From the NCBI GenBank assembly GCA_964433415.1, contig CAYSQM010000006.1, positions 2,755-66,754 on the forward strand: DNA of 64,000 nt. Direction: 5' to 3'. Below, piece after piece: positions 47,548-58,540 of the stretch. This stretch comes from an uncultured Pseudomonadota bacterium. Lineage in GTDB: Bacteria > Babelota > Babeliae > Babelales > CAIQNR01. The first letter of the stretch is position 1; each line of letters opens with the position of its first letter. Under the pieces are notes generated by a model. It was not told the origin of the DNA. It was given only the letters and a program-made list of their open reading frames with translations, and searched no databases. Made by a program: the position numbers and the translations under genes.

Positions 47548-49065
47548 ATGAAGAGAACATATAAAGTCCTTTTAACGCTACTTTTAAACTGCTTAGTTAT
47601 GAACAATGTTTTTACCTATGAAATAAAAGAAGAAATAAGTGCTAAATATGATACTAAAGAACTTACAGAAGCTTCCACAACTCTTGAATTAGAGAAAGAA
47701 ACTAAAACTATTGCTAAAATTGAAAAACCTAATACTGATACATTGAACTTTCAAGATGAAATACAAGAAATAATTCCTGATAAATTTTATATTGCTAAAA
47801 TTAAAGATAACAATCTTTATGGCGTAATAGAGCGTTTATCAGATGAAAATATTGAAGATTGGAAGCGTTATGCACATGTGCAAATTTCTTCTTATAAAAT
47901 AGGTCAAGAATACTTAAGTCATTTTAATGATAGTGGATCATCTTATTTTTATAAAGTTATAGAAGAAAAATCGCACAAGGATAATGAAATCTGGATTATC
48001 TACTTAACAAGTAACTCTACACCAATTTATGATCCAAAAAAATTTCAATTTTATACCATTAATACAATTGATGAGTATAAAAAAATTACAGATGCAAAAT
48101 CATTCTTCAGTGTGCCTACTGATATAAAAATATTTACTACAATAACCTCTCACAGAAATGCTCTTATTTCATCACATATGGGAATTTCAAAAACTATAGA
48201 ATCTATCATTAATAGTTTTAAAAAATCTGAAAAATATAAGACTATTTCTATGGATCTTCATTCTCTTGGTGCAAAATTTATTCTTATGAAAGACCCAAAA
48301 AAAAGACTAATGATAACTGCTCCAGTTCGGGCAATGACAAAAATAATGATAGAAAACCTTCCAATAAAAAGCTTATCTATTGGCACAAAAGAAATGATGT
48401 TAAAATTTAATGAAACAAAAAAAATAACCTATGAAGAGTATAAAGATCAAAATAAGTCTCTTTGCAAATGCATTGAAATCAGTGTTAATGGCGCAGCTGA
48501 TGATGAACTTACTTTATGGCAAGAAAAAATTCAAAAAAATGGGACTACTAAAACAGTGGAAGAATTTCAAAAAAATAAAGAAAAAATAAAATACTTAGAA
48601 CAAAAAAATGATAATTTTATTATTTCTCCTGAAAGAGTTGAAAGAATGAAAGAAATAAATCTAAGAAAATGGTTTAATATTCACCGAATAAATCATTTTA
48701 ACTGTCTTTTTGAAATATTAAAAATGGACATAGAGAAATTTATAAATTTCATTGATCAAAACATATCATTAATTTCTACTATGGATAATCCTAATGAAAC
48801 AATTACCATCTATGATCCAACTAATCCTGATTTAAAATTAATCACTATTACTCAAGAAAATAGTTCTTATACTTGGATGTTTAATAAAATATTTAAACCA
48901 GGCGACTACACTCCTTATGTTGCAATAGATTTACATGTTTTAGCCAACTCTACACAATTGCAAAAAACATTAACCGCACAACAACTACGTGATCAAGCTG
49001 ATCTAGATTTTATTTATAATCCAGAAACAATTGCATATTTTAAATCAATTGGTTGGGACATTTGA
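47548..49065 (+). CDS. hypothetical secreted Lys/Glu/Ile-rich protein
   Basis: Signal-like N-terminus MKRTYKVLLTLLLNCLVMNNVFT; 505 aa with no recognisable motif. Confidence 0.5.
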   Translation: MKRTYKVLLTLLLNCLVMNNVFTYEIKEEISAKYDTKELTEASTTLELEKETKTIAKIEKPNTDTLNFQDEIQEIIPDKFYIAKIKDNNLYGVIERLSDENIEDWKRYAHVQISSYKIGQEYLSHFNDSGSSYFYKVIEEKSHKDNEIWIIYLTSNSTPIYDPKKFQFYTINTIDEYKKITDAKSFFSVPTDIKIFTTITSHRNALISSHMGISKTIESIINSFKKSEKYKTISMDLHSLGAKFILMKDPKKRLMITAPVRAMTKIMIENLPIKSLSIGTKEMMLKFNETKKITYEEYKDQNKSLCKCIEISVNGAADDELTLWQEKIQKNGTTKTVEEFQKNKEKIKYLEQKNDNFIISPERVERMKEINLRKWFNIHRINHFNCLFEILKMDIEKFINFIDQNISLISTMDNPNETITIYDPTNPDLKLITITQENSSYTWMFNKIFKPGDYTPYVAIDLHVLANSTQLQKTLTAQQLRDQADLDFIYNPETIAYFKSIGWDI

Positions 49066-49080
49066 TGAAAAAATTTCACT

Positions 49081-50028
49081 TTATTTAAAAGCTCCCCGCA
49101 TAAAGCCATGATAGAAAATCTCAAGGCCATTATCAGAAAGACCATTTTTTAGACGATGATCAATTGAATATAAAAAATCATGGGCATGACTAAGTTCTTT
49201 TGCATCAAAAGTTTTCCAGTCTTTTTGTAAAAAAGAAAAAGGCAGACGACTTTCCATCTGTTTTGCAGCAGCAAAATTACCTTCTTTACGTAAAGAAACC
49301 ACATGATAGGCTTTCCATAATTGTTCTGACCAAAAAGTTGTCCAAAATGCCCCGTTGTATTCATCCTTAAGATTTAACCAAACTTTAAAGAAAGCATCTT
49401 TTTTACGCGCAAAGAAAAATTGTGCTAATGAAAATAACGATTCTTCTGGCACTACAATCTTTTCAAACCAAGTTTGCATAAATTCATCAGATTTTGAACC
49501 AAGTACTTTAATATAAAGCCCCAAAAGACATAACGTATCGAGCGACAATTTCTTGTAACCAATACCTATCGTTTTTATTAATGCTTGTGGTGATGCTTTC
49601 AGCAAGGTAGAAAACATAAACTCTAATTCAGCTTTTTCTAGCCCTTCACTTAAATCTATGAAATCTTTAATAGTTGCTGGTAAATCTTCTTTTTCTACAA
49701 AATAAAAAACCTGATGCGGACCAGCATACTTGCTTAAGAATTCAAGCATTTTTTTTCTTACTGATGCATCAAGAATACTTAAATTGCCCAGCCATAAAGA
49801 TTCTGTAGCCCCTAAAAAAGTAGTACTTAAGCGTGATTGTAACTGTACCCACTCAGTAGTTTGACTTGATTGATCACCAAAGAAAGAAGTCAATGCATAT
49901 CCTTCTTTTTTTGCCCACTGCATAAACAATGAGAAAAAAATAACCGGATACTGCTTGTCACTAAAACAAATGACTGCTGGTAATTTAATGGACTGAGATA
50001 AGTGTGTTATAAGGCTTTTAATCTTCAT
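49081..50028 (-). CDS. hypothetical protein, possibly DNA polymerase III delta subunit
   Basis: The 315-aa size and a loose N-terminal pattern (TTFLGATESLWLGNLS resembling the delta 'lF..r.lv.l.n' segment) are the only support. Confidence 0.3.
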   Translation of the reverse strand: MKIKSLITHLSQSIKLPAVICFSDKQYPVIFFSLFMQWAKKEGYALTSFFGDQSSQTTEWVQLQSRLSTTFLGATESLWLGNLSILDASVRKKMLEFLSKYAGPHQVFYFVEKEDLPATIKDFIDLSEGLEKAELEFMFSTLLKASPQALIKTIGIGYKKLSLDTLCLLGLYIKVLGSKSDEFMQTWFEKIVVPEESLFSLAQFFFARKKDAFFKVWLNLKDEYNGAFWTTFWSEQLWKAYHVVSLRKEGNFAAAKQMESRLPFSFLQKDWKTFDAKELSHAHDFLYSIDHRLKNGLSDNGLEIFYHGFMRGAFK

Positions 50029-50204
50029 ACCTTAAGTGTAGAAGAGATGCCCCAAAATGCAAGATCAACTCTTAAACTATTTCCCATTTAAAGTAATCTA
50101 TATTACTTATAAGCCTTGCCTAAATATAAAATAAAATGATAGTTATTAAATTAAAGTTAAAAAAAATCTATTAACTGATTAAGTTGTACAAAAAAGGATT
50201 TAAC

Positions 50205-51089
50205 ATGTCTAATAAAAACGATGATTACACATACCTTTTCATAAAAAAATGTATAAAATTTTTATTAAAAAATAATCGTGCACTTATACTTATTTTTTCA
50301 ATAATAACATTAAATACAGTTCTTTTTATAACTACACTTTACAGTGAATATATATACACAGGAGCTCATATTTTTAATTTCAACTCACTAGCAGCATTAC
50401 TTCATACAGATTTTTGGACACATATTTTTAATATTATCGGATTATTTTTTATTTTTTCTTTTTCAATTATATTAACAACTTTTTTTAAGTTTACTCTTAC
50501 TCTTCTTTTTATAAAAAAATTACAAAATAAAAAAATAACATTACTCCAATCTTTATATCTACCCTTAACCCGAATAAATGAAATTATACGCTTTAGTTTT
50601 ATTAGAGTATTTGGTTATCCCGAATATTGGAGCTCTATAATTGATCCTATAGAACAAAGCAAAACCATAAAACAACTACTTCAAAAAGAGAGTCTATTAG
50701 AGGATGAATATCCCGAATACTCAAACCCTTATGAAATGATCTTTATCCCCCTTCTTCTTGAAACAAAATTAAATTCAAACAAAGCTTTGCAAGAATCAAA
50801 AGAAATTATACAAAAAAATTTCGGTGCTATTAAAAAATATAATTATTCCTACAATAAATTTCGTTTTTTTGTAACTTTTTCAATAATTACAATTGTTTTT
50901 TTAATAATGAATCTTATTTTAAAATTTGATGTATTTATAACTTTTGCTAGTTCCATCTATCTAATTGTTCTTTTTTTTCATATTTTTGGAAATATAAAAT
51001 TAACCTTTAATGCAATCATATACAACTATTGCATTTCAGGAAAAACAGAAGAATTCACACACGAAGAACTAAAAAAAATGTTCTCTTAA
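50205..51089 (+). CDS. hypothetical polytopic membrane protein
   Basis: ATG at 50205 follows AAGGAT. Several TM helices flank a soluble middle section. Confidence 0.5.
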   Translation: MSNKNDDYTYLFIKKCIKFLLKNNRALILIFSIITLNTVLFITTLYSEYIYTGAHIFNFNSLAALLHTDFWTHIFNIIGLFFIFSFSIILTTFFKFTLTLLFIKKLQNKKITLLQSLYLPLTRINEIIRFSFIRVFGYPEYWSSIIDPIEQSKTIKQLLQKESLLEDEYPEYSNPYEMIFIPLLLETKLNSNKALQESKEIIQKNFGAIKKYNYSYNKFRFFVTFSIITIVFLIMNLILKFDVFITFASSIYLIVLFFHIFGNIKLTFNAIIYNYCISGKTEEFTHEELKKMFS

Positions 51090-51115
51090 ATTAATTAAAA
51101 ATTATAAAAAAATAC

Positions 51116-51883
51116 TTAAATCTGTTTTTGTTGCATCATGCCGATAGTAAAGCCAGCCTTAGGAATTTGGGGAGCATCATCAATAAGAGAAAAAATTTCT
51201 TGAATGCCAGCATACGCTACTTTGTGCATTTCTTGAACTGCTTGCCAAGATATTGCACGTTGTTCAGCTGCACCTTGTAATTCAATGATATGACCAGAAC
51301 CGGTCATAATAAAATTATAATCAGCTTGAAGTGCGGAATCTTCTTGATAATTAACATCAAGCAATGCCTGATTGTCTGCAGCCCAACCAACAGAAATTGC
51401 AGCGACAGAATCGACTAAAAAAGATTCCGGTAATAACTTTTTACGCACAACAGACCGCAATGCACAATAGGCACCAATGATTGCAGTAGTACGAGTACCA
51501 CCATCTGCTTGAATAACATCACAATCAATATAGATAGTCTTTTCACCACCCATTTTTGAAGTATCAATTACTGCGCGTAATGCACGACCAATAAGACGAG
51601 AAATTTCAGTTGAACGACCATTGCGACGCATGACCGTAGTAGATTCGCGCTGAGTGCGCTCTTGAGTTGCAGCAGGAAGCATTGCATATTCAGCAGTAAG
51701 CCAACCTTTGCCAGACTTGCGCAAATGAGGTGGAACACCATCCTGTATCATAACAGTACACAAAATACGAGTTTTACCCAACTCTATAAGTACAGATCCG
51801 TCTGCGTTTCCTGCAGCATCATAAGTAATTTTAAGAGGGCGTAACTCATTACAGTGACGCCCATCTGAACGAAATTTAACCAT
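51116..51883 (-). CDS. rph: ribonuclease PH
   Basis: RSDGRHCNELRPLKI, GSVLIELGKTRILC and ADGGTRTTAIIGA. ATG at 51883 is preferred over the track GTG at 51895. About 20 extra C-terminal residues. Confidence 0.9.
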   Translation of the reverse strand: MVKFRSDGRHCNELRPLKITYDAAGNADGSVLIELGKTRILCTVMIQDGVPPHLRKSGKGWLTAEYAMLPAATQERTQRESTTVMRRNGRSTEISRLIGRALRAVIDTSKMGGEKTIYIDCDVIQADGGTRTTAIIGAYCALRSVVRKKLLPESFLVDSVAAISVGWAADNQALLDVNYQEDSALQADYNFIMTGSGHIIELQGAAEQRAISWQAVQEMHKVAYAGIQEIFSLIDDAPQIPKAGFTIGMMQQKQI

Positions 51884-51909
51884 GTTGTTTTGCACGAGAT
51901 GATTCCGTT

Positions 51910-53991
51910 TTAAACTAGTCTTAAACGAACACGATCTTGTTCTGCATCATATTCAGCAACTTGAACGCGAAGTTTACTTTCAACAGGATACTCTTTTGCA
52001 AGAGCGCGTTGTTTTTCACGTGGGATTGCAGATACATGCACAAGACCATCTTTACCTGGTACTAATTCAACGAATAACCCAAATTCAGCTACACGTCTTA
52101 CAATACCATCAAAAATTGCACCTTGTTCAATTTGACCAGCCAAGATTTTAACCCAACGAACTGCATAGTCCATAAGTTCACCTTGTTGACCAAATATTTT
52201 CACAAGACCATCATCTTCGATGTCAATTGAAGTACCGGTTTTTTCGATAATTTCACGAATAACTTTACCGCCACTACCAATGATAGCGCCGATTTTGTCA
52301 GAGTTTACTTTGAAAGTAACTACTTGAGGAACTAAGGTTGATAAAGAAGCTGATGGCTCTGCCATAACTTTTTTCATTTCACCTAAGATATGCATTCTTG
52401 CATCACGAGCCTGTGCAAGCGCACCTTCAAATACTGCTCTTTCAAGTCCACCTTTGTACTTAATATCCATTTGGATAGCAGTAATACCATTTTCGGTTCC
52501 TGCTACCTTAAAGTCCATTAAACCAAAAGCATCTTCAAAACCGGAAATATCGGTTAATACTGCAAAGCCACTTTTTGTACTTCTTAAAAGACCCATAGCA
52601 ACACCCGCAACCATGTCTTTAACTGGCACACCGCCACTTAAAAACGCCATAGTTGAAGAACAAACTGTTGCCATAGAACTTGATCCATCAGATTCTAAAA
52701 TATCTGATACTACACGAATGGTGTAAGGGAAAGTTTCTTTACTTGGAAGCATATATTTAAATGCTGATGCAGCTAAATGACCATGCCCAATTTCACGTCT
52801 TCCCGGTCCACGCATTGGTTTAACTTCACCAACAGAGAATGGAGGGAAATTGTAATGAAGCATAAATGAACCATCTACTTCACCGCCCATAATATCTTCA
52901 ATCTTTTGTTCATCTTGCCCACTACCAAGCGTTAACGTCACAATACTTTGTGTGCTTCCACGGGTAAACAATGCTGAACCATGAGCAAAAGGTAAAATAT
53001 TCACTTCGGTTGAAATTCCACGAACTTGTTCAAATACACGACCATCAACACGTTTTTTGCTGTCACAAATAAGATCAGCTATACGATCTTTTAACACAAC
53101 ATCAAAAATATATTCAAGGACTTTAACTGGATCTGCATTTTCTATAATTACTGCTTGATGTAATGCAAAGAAACCTGCTTTTAAAGCATCCATTGCATCG
53201 TTACGGTCTTGTTTTGTGCGTGTTGCAAACAAAGGTACCAAAATTTCATCAGTGATATAAGCAACAGATTTATCTTCCCATGCTTGCCAATCTACTGGTG
53301 GTTTTGCATAAGATTTTATTGGAGCAATTTGAGCAACAATAGATTCTTGCCAAATAACTTGTTCTTTAATTTTTTCATGTGCTAAGAAAAGCGCATCAAC
53401 TAATTCTTTTTCTGAAATTTCGTTAGTTGCACCTTCAACCATGCAAATACCATCATGAGTACCAACAACGGTTATTTTGACATCAGAGCGAATTGCATCT
53501 TCATACTTAGGATCTACAACCCATTGACCATCAATACGTCCAACTTCTGCTGCACCAACTGCTTCTATTAATGGAATTTTAGAAGTAGCTAAAGCAAGCG
53601 AAGCTGCTAATACTGAAATAGTATGAGGAGCATGCTCATGGTCTACAGAATAAACGGTGACACACACTTGAATTTGATCGAAACAATCCTTTGGAAACAG
53701 AGGACGAATAGCGCGATCGATTACACGTGAGGTGAGTACTTCTTTGTCAGTTGATCTTCCTTCACGTTTAAAAAATCCACCAGGGATCTTACCAGCAGCT
53801 GAAAAAGGTTCTCTATACTCAACTGTTAACGGAAGAAATCCAGGAAATTCTCTTGAAGGCGCACTCACTACTGCTGCAATAAGTACCGTTCCCCCTTGCT
53901 GCAACCAGACTGAACCATCAGCTTGTCGAGCAATATAATCAATCTTTGCTTCGTAGCCAAATTTTGGCAACGTGAACTTATTTTTTGACAT
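51910..53991 (-). CDS. pnp: polynucleotide phosphorylase
   Basis: Two RNase PH-like domains, KH (IGAIIGSGGKVIREI) and S1 (GIVRRVAEFGLFVEL) domains. Confidence 0.95.
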   Translation of the reverse strand: MSKNKFTLPKFGYEAKIDYIARQADGSVWLQQGGTVLIAAVVSAPSREFPGFLPLTVEYREPFSAAGKIPGGFFKREGRSTDKEVLTSRVIDRAIRPLFPKDCFDQIQVCVTVYSVDHEHAPHTISVLAASLALATSKIPLIEAVGAAEVGRIDGQWVVDPKYEDAIRSDVKITVVGTHDGICMVEGATNEISEKELVDALFLAHEKIKEQVIWQESIVAQIAPIKSYAKPPVDWQAWEDKSVAYITDEILVPLFATRTKQDRNDAMDALKAGFFALHQAVIIENADPVKVLEYIFDVVLKDRIADLICDSKKRVDGRVFEQVRGISTEVNILPFAHGSALFTRGSTQSIVTLTLGSGQDEQKIEDIMGGEVDGSFMLHYNFPPFSVGEVKPMRGPGRREIGHGHLAASAFKYMLPSKETFPYTIRVVSDILESDGSSSMATVCSSTMAFLSGGVPVKDMVAGVAMGLLRSTKSGFAVLTDISGFEDAFGLMDFKVAGTENGITAIQMDIKYKGGLERAVFEGALAQARDARMHILGEMKKVMAEPSASLSTLVPQVVTFKVNSDKIGAIIGSGGKVIREIIEKTGTSIDIEDDGLVKIFGQQGELMDYAVRWVKILAGQIEQGAIFDGIVRRVAEFGLFVELVPGKDGLVHVSAIPREKQRALAKEYPVESKLRVQVAEYDAEQDRVRLRLV

Positions 53992-54015
53992 AGATAATAC
54001 TCACTATCTTAATAA

Positions 54016-54273
54016 TTATTTTAACGTTTTCAATTCCAAGATGCTTATCATCTTTCTGTAAGAATTGACGTCATTGTTTTTTAAATATTTTAAAAATTTT
54101 TTACGTGTAGCTACTTTTTTTAATAAACTACGACGACATCCTGTATCTTTCTTATGAATACCAAGATGTTCTGTAAGACGTTTAATATCGTGGGTAAGCC
54201 CAACGAGTTGCACTTCAGAAGACCCTGTGTCTCCCTCATGTTTACGTACTTGTTCTTTTATTGTATTAGTCAT
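54016..54273 (-). CDS. rpsO: 30S ribosomal protein S15
   Basis: GDTGSSEVQLVGLTHDIKRLTEHL..HKKD...RRSLLKKVATRKKFLKYL. Confidence 0.9.
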   Translation of the reverse strand: MTNTIKEQVRKHEGDTGSSEVQLVGLTHDIKRLTEHLGIHKKDTGCRRSLLKKVATRKKFLKYLKNNDVNSYRKMISILELKTLK

Positions 54274-54298
54274 TCCGTCTTCCTAAATTACACACATC

Positions 54299-54373
54299 TG
54301 GTAGGCGCGAGCGGGATTGGACCGCTGACCCCTGCTACGTCAAAGCAGTGCTCTACCACTGAGCTACGCGCCT
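54299..54373 (-). tRNA. tRNA-Val (anticodon GAC), CCA encoded
   Basis: Reverse complement folds as AGGCGCG-TA-GCTC-AGTGGTA-GAGC-A-CTGCT-TTGACGT-AGCAG-GGGTC-AGCGG-TCCAATC-CCGCT-CGCGCCT-ACCA. Confidence 0.85.
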
Positions 54374-54418
54374 TACACCCGATACGTTTTCTATCAATTA
54401 TGCACTCTTAATTTATAT

Positions 54419-57400
54419 TTAACCAATTGTCTCTTTATGCAACAAACGCTCTTCTTCTTCACGCGCTTGACGTTCCAAACTAGACATCCCATCTCCTAAA
54501 TACTTTTCTTTAAAAGACGCTATACCTGTTCCAGCTGGAATTAGTTTACCTATAACTAGATTTTCCTTCAAGCCATAAAGATTATCAACCTTCCCTGCTA
54601 TAGCCGCTTCAGATAAAATTCTTGTTGTTTCTTGGAAAGATGCTGCAGAAATAACACTTTCAGTACCCAACGATGCCATAGTAATACCAGCTAATACTGG
54701 TTTTGCTGTAGAAATTCGTTTTCCCTGAGCGCGTAACTGCTCATTAACTTCCTTAAAATGAATTCTATCAATACGATCACCGACTAAGAAATCAGAATCC
54801 CCTGATTCAACAATACGTACTCTACGCATCATTTGGCGAATAATAATTTCAACATGACGATCATTAATATCAATACCCTGAGAACGATAAATTTCCTGTA
54901 AACGATCTACAATATAACGTTGTAAAACATCTGGCCCTAAAATTCTCAAAATATCCTGTAATAATGGCGTTCCAGAAGTTAATGGATCTCCTGCTGAAAT
55001 TCTATCACCATCAAGCACATTAAGCTGTTTTCCACGCGGAATTAAATAATCATATGATAAATCACCAAGCGATACCGTAATCTTACGCATACCACGAGAT
55101 AACCCACCAATAGAAACGATACCATCAATATCTGAAATAATTGCTGCATCTTTTGGAGCTCGAGCTTCAACTAGCTCAACAATTCGCGGTAAACCACCAA
55201 CTGTAATATCTTTTGTTTTTGAAATTTCTTGAGGCATCTTTATAAGAATGTCACCGGGCTGTACTTTTTGGCCATTTTCGACTGCAAGAATAGAACCTGT
55301 TGGTAAATAATAATGCGCAACTTCATTGCCTGCAGAATCTTCAACTGCTAACACTGGTTGATATTCTTCACCTTTTTGATCAAGTACTGTTCTTTCTACC
55401 GTATGAGCAATTTCATCATGCTGTTCATGCATAGTAACATGATTAATAAGATCAACATAACGAACAACACCAGCACGCTCAGTTAAAATAACTTTTGCGT
55501 TAACATCCCACTCTGCTACCATATCGCCAACTTTAATTTTTTGGCCATCAGATACAAGAAGTCTTGAACCATATTCTATCAAATGCTCTTGAACTTCACG
55601 TCCATCATCAGATACAATAACAAGGCGACCTTTTCTGCTTATTACTACATCAAGGCCATCACGGTTCTTTAAAGTGCGAATATCGCGCAACTGAACTGTT
55701 CCTTTATTTTTTGCCAAATATGAAGTTTCTGTTGCTGTACCACTTGCAGTTCCCCCGATATGGAAAGTTCTCATAGTAAGCTGAGTTCCAGGTTCCCCAA
55801 TAGATTGAGCTGCAATAGTTCCAACAGTAACCCCGATATCACACATCTTCCCTTTAGAAAGATCATAACCATAACATTGGACACATACACCACGTTTTGA
55901 TTGGCATGTTAATACTGAACGAACAAATATTTCAGAAATAACTGAATTTTCTAATTTTTGTACTAATTCACGAGTAAAAATATCACCTTGTGAGGCTAAT
56001 AGTTCTCCAGAAATAACGTCATGAAGATCAACAGCGCAAACACGCCCATAAGCACGTTCAGCAGAAGAAAGAGAAATTTCTCCCCCTTCAGCTAAGTTAC
56101 GTAAGCCAATATAGCCTAATGATGAACAATCATGATTAGTTACCACTACATTTTGAGCAACATCAACAAGACGGCGTGTTAAATACCCAGAGTTTGCTGT
56201 TTTTAACGCGGTATCAGCCTGCCCTTTACGAGCACCATGAGTAGAAATAAAGTATTCAAAAACACTCAAACCATTTTTAAAGTTTGCTTTAACTGGCGTT
56301 TCCATAATGTCACCAGATGGTCGAGCCATTAAACCACGCATACCAACTAACTGTTTAATCTGATCATTAGTACCACGCGCCCCTGAATTTAAGAACATAT
56401 ACACAGAGTTAAACGGCACATTAGCACCATTCTTATTTTCAAAAGCTTCATGATCTTGAGCTCTAAAAGTCTTTAACATCGAATTTGAAATTTCAGAAGT
56501 TGCATGGAACCAGGTACTTAAAATTTTATTATACCTTTCTCCATCGGTTATAATACCATCTTTGTACAACTTTTCGACCTTAATAACTTCTTTTTCAGCT
56601 TTTTCAATTAATTCATCTTTATCTGGCGGTGAAACTAAATCTGCAATACCACAAGAAACACCGCTTATTGTTGAATAATAGAAACCAAGTTTCTTAATTT
56701 TATCAAGACAAACCACTGTTTTTTCTTGACCAAATTGATAATAAACAATTTCAATTAATTTTCTTAAATCTTTCTTTTGAAGGACTTTATTAATCCAATC
56801 AAAATTAGAACCATCAGGAAGTGCATCAAACAATACAACACGCCCAACAGAAGTTTCAACCATTTGACCAGAAGCCAAGCGCATTTTAATGCGTGCATGC
56901 AATGAAACAGAACCACACTCAAATGCCGTCATTACTTCGGCAGCACTTGAAAACGCCATTCCTTCACCAGGTACATTACAACGAATTTTTGATATATAAT
57001 GCAACCCTAAAATCATATCTTGAGAAGGTACGGTAATCGGACGACCATTTGCAGGTGACAACACATTCTTAGTTGAAAGCATTAAATTTTCAGACTCTTC
57101 ACATGCCTTATCACTCAATGGAATATGAACAGCCATTTGGTCACCATCGAAATCTGCGTTAAATGCGGCGCACACTAATGGATGAATTCTAATAGCTTTT
57201 CCATCTACCAATACAGGATGGAATGCTTGGATACCTAATCTATGCAATGTCGGAGCACGGTTTAATAATACAGGACGTGTTTTAACAATTTCTTCTAAAA
57301 CATCCCATATTTCAGGGGCACCATCTTCTACCATTTTTTTGGCAACACGAAGATTAACTGCCATTTCATTTTTCAACAATCCTGCATAAATATAAGACTT

Positions 57401-58540
57401 AAAGAGCTCAAGGGCCATTTTCTTAGGAAGACCACATTGATCCATCTTTAGCTCAGGATCAACAACAATTACTGAACGCCCTGAATAATCCACACGTTTA
57501 CCAAGTAAGTTTTGTCTGAAGCGACCCTGTTTACCTCGAAGCATTTCACTCAATGATTTTAGGGAACGCTTATTTGAACCACGAACTGGTTGTCCACGTC
57601 TACCATTATCAATCAATGCATCAACAGATTCTTGTAACATGCGTTTTTCATTACGAATAATAACCGCTGGAGCTTCAATTTCATGTAAACGACGTAAACG
57701 AATATTCCTATTTAATACACGGCGATAAAGTTCATTTAAATCAGAACTTGCAAATCGTCCACCATCTATTGGCACTAAAGGACGTAAATCTGGTGGTAAC
57801 ACAGGCAACACATCGAAGATCATCCATTCTGGACGCAATTTTGCCTGAAACAATCCAGTCAATGCACGCAATCTTCTGATGATTTTATGTTTTGTAGCAA
57901 CAGAATTTGTAGTTTCATAATCTTGATGTAACTTTGCCAATTCAGCAGCTAAATCAATTTTTTTCAAAATATCTCGAACTGCTTCTGCACCACTATCAGC
58001 TCTAAAATCTAAATCATCTGGATGCAAATCAAGATAAGCTTCAAGTTCAGAATTTGTTAATAATGTTTTTTCTGGATAAGGCGAATCACCTTTAGTTACG
58101 ACAATTGAACAATCAAAATAAATAACTCGTTCAAGATCTTTTACTGAAAGATCCATTACCAAACCAAGATAACTTGGAATACCTTTGAGATACCAAATAT
58201 GGCAAACAGGAGCAACTAAATCTATGTGTCCCATACGTTCACGACGAACACGTGATTGAATTACTTCTACACCACACTTTTCACAGGTAACACCACGATG
58301 CTTCATGCGCTTATATTTACCGCAATTACATTCCCAATCTTTTACCGGACCAAAGATACGGGCACAAAAAAGACCATCCTTTTCTGGCTTTAAGGTCCGA
58401 TAGTTGATTGTTTCAATTTTTTTAACTTCACCATAAGAAAGTGAACGAATTTTGTCAGGAGAAGCTAGAGAGAAACGTATAGCATTAAATTGTGTTACGT
58501 TTATATATTCTCTAAATCTTTCAAGTAAACGATTATTCAC
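54419..58540 (-). CDS. rpoC: DNA-directed RNA polymerase beta' subunit
   Basis: Zn finger CNCGKYKRMKHRGVTCEKCG, catalytic NADFDGDQMAVH and conserved trigger-loop/bridge regions. Confidence 0.98.
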   Translation of the reverse strand: MNNRLLERFREYINVTQFNAIRFSLASPDKIRSLSYGEVKKIETINYRTLKPEKDGLFCARIFGPVKDWECNCGKYKRMKHRGVTCEKCGVEVIQSRVRRERMGHIDLVAPVCHIWYLKGIPSYLGLVMDLSVKDLERVIYFDCSIVVTKGDSPYPEKTLLTNSELEAYLDLHPDDLDFRADSGAEAVRDILKKIDLAAELAKLHQDYETTNSVATKHKIIRRLRALTGLFQAKLRPEWMIFDVLPVLPPDLRPLVPIDGGRFASSDLNELYRRVLNRNIRLRRLHEIEAPAVIIRNEKRMLQESVDALIDNGRRGQPVRGSNKRSLKSLSEMLRGKQGRFRQNLLGKRVDYSGRSVIVVDPELKMDQCGLPKKMALELFKSYIYAGLLKNEMAVNLRVAKKMVEDGAPEIWDVLEEIVKTRPVLLNRAPTLHRLGIQAFHPVLVDGKAIRIHPLVCAAFNADFDGDQMAVHIPLSDKACEESENLMLSTKNVLSPANGRPITVPSQDMILGLHYISKIRCNVPGEGMAFSSAAEVMTAFECGSVSLHARIKMRLASGQMVETSVGRVVLFDALPDGSNFDWINKVLQKKDLRKLIEIVYYQFGQEKTVVCLDKIKKLGFYYSTISGVSCGIADLVSPPDKDELIEKAEKEVIKVEKLYKDGIITDGERYNKILSTWFHATSEISNSMLKTFRAQDHEAFENKNGANVPFNSVYMFLNSGARGTNDQIKQLVGMRGLMARPSGDIMETPVKANFKNGLSVFEYFISTHGARKGQADTALKTANSGYLTRRLVDVAQNVVVTNHDCSSLGYIGLRNLAEGGEISLSSAERAYGRVCAVDLHDVISGELLASQGDIFTRELVQKLENSVISEIFVRSVLTCQSKRGVCVQCYGYDLSKGKMCDIGVTVGTIAAQSIGEPGTQLTMRTFHIGGTASGTATETSYLAKNKGTVQLRDIRTLKNRDGLDVVISRKGRLVIVSDDGREVQEHLIEYGSRLLVSDGQKIKVGDMVAEWDVNAKVILTERAGVVRYVDLINHVTMHEQHDEIAHTVERTVLDQKGEEYQPVLAVEDSAGNEVAHYYLPTGSILAVENGQKVQPGDILIKMPQEISKTKDITVGGLPRIVELVEARAPKDAAIISDIDGIVSIGGLSRGMRKITVSLGDLSYDYLIPRGKQLNVLDGDRISAGDPLTSGTPLLQDILRILGPDVLQRYIVDRLQEIYRSQGIDINDRHVEIIIRQMMRRVRIVESGDSDFLVGDRIDRIHFKEVNEQLRAQGKRISTAKPVLAGITMASLGTESVISAASFQETTRILSEAAIAGKVDNLYGLKENLVIGKLIPAGTGIASFKEKYLGDGMSSLERQAREEEERLLHKETIG

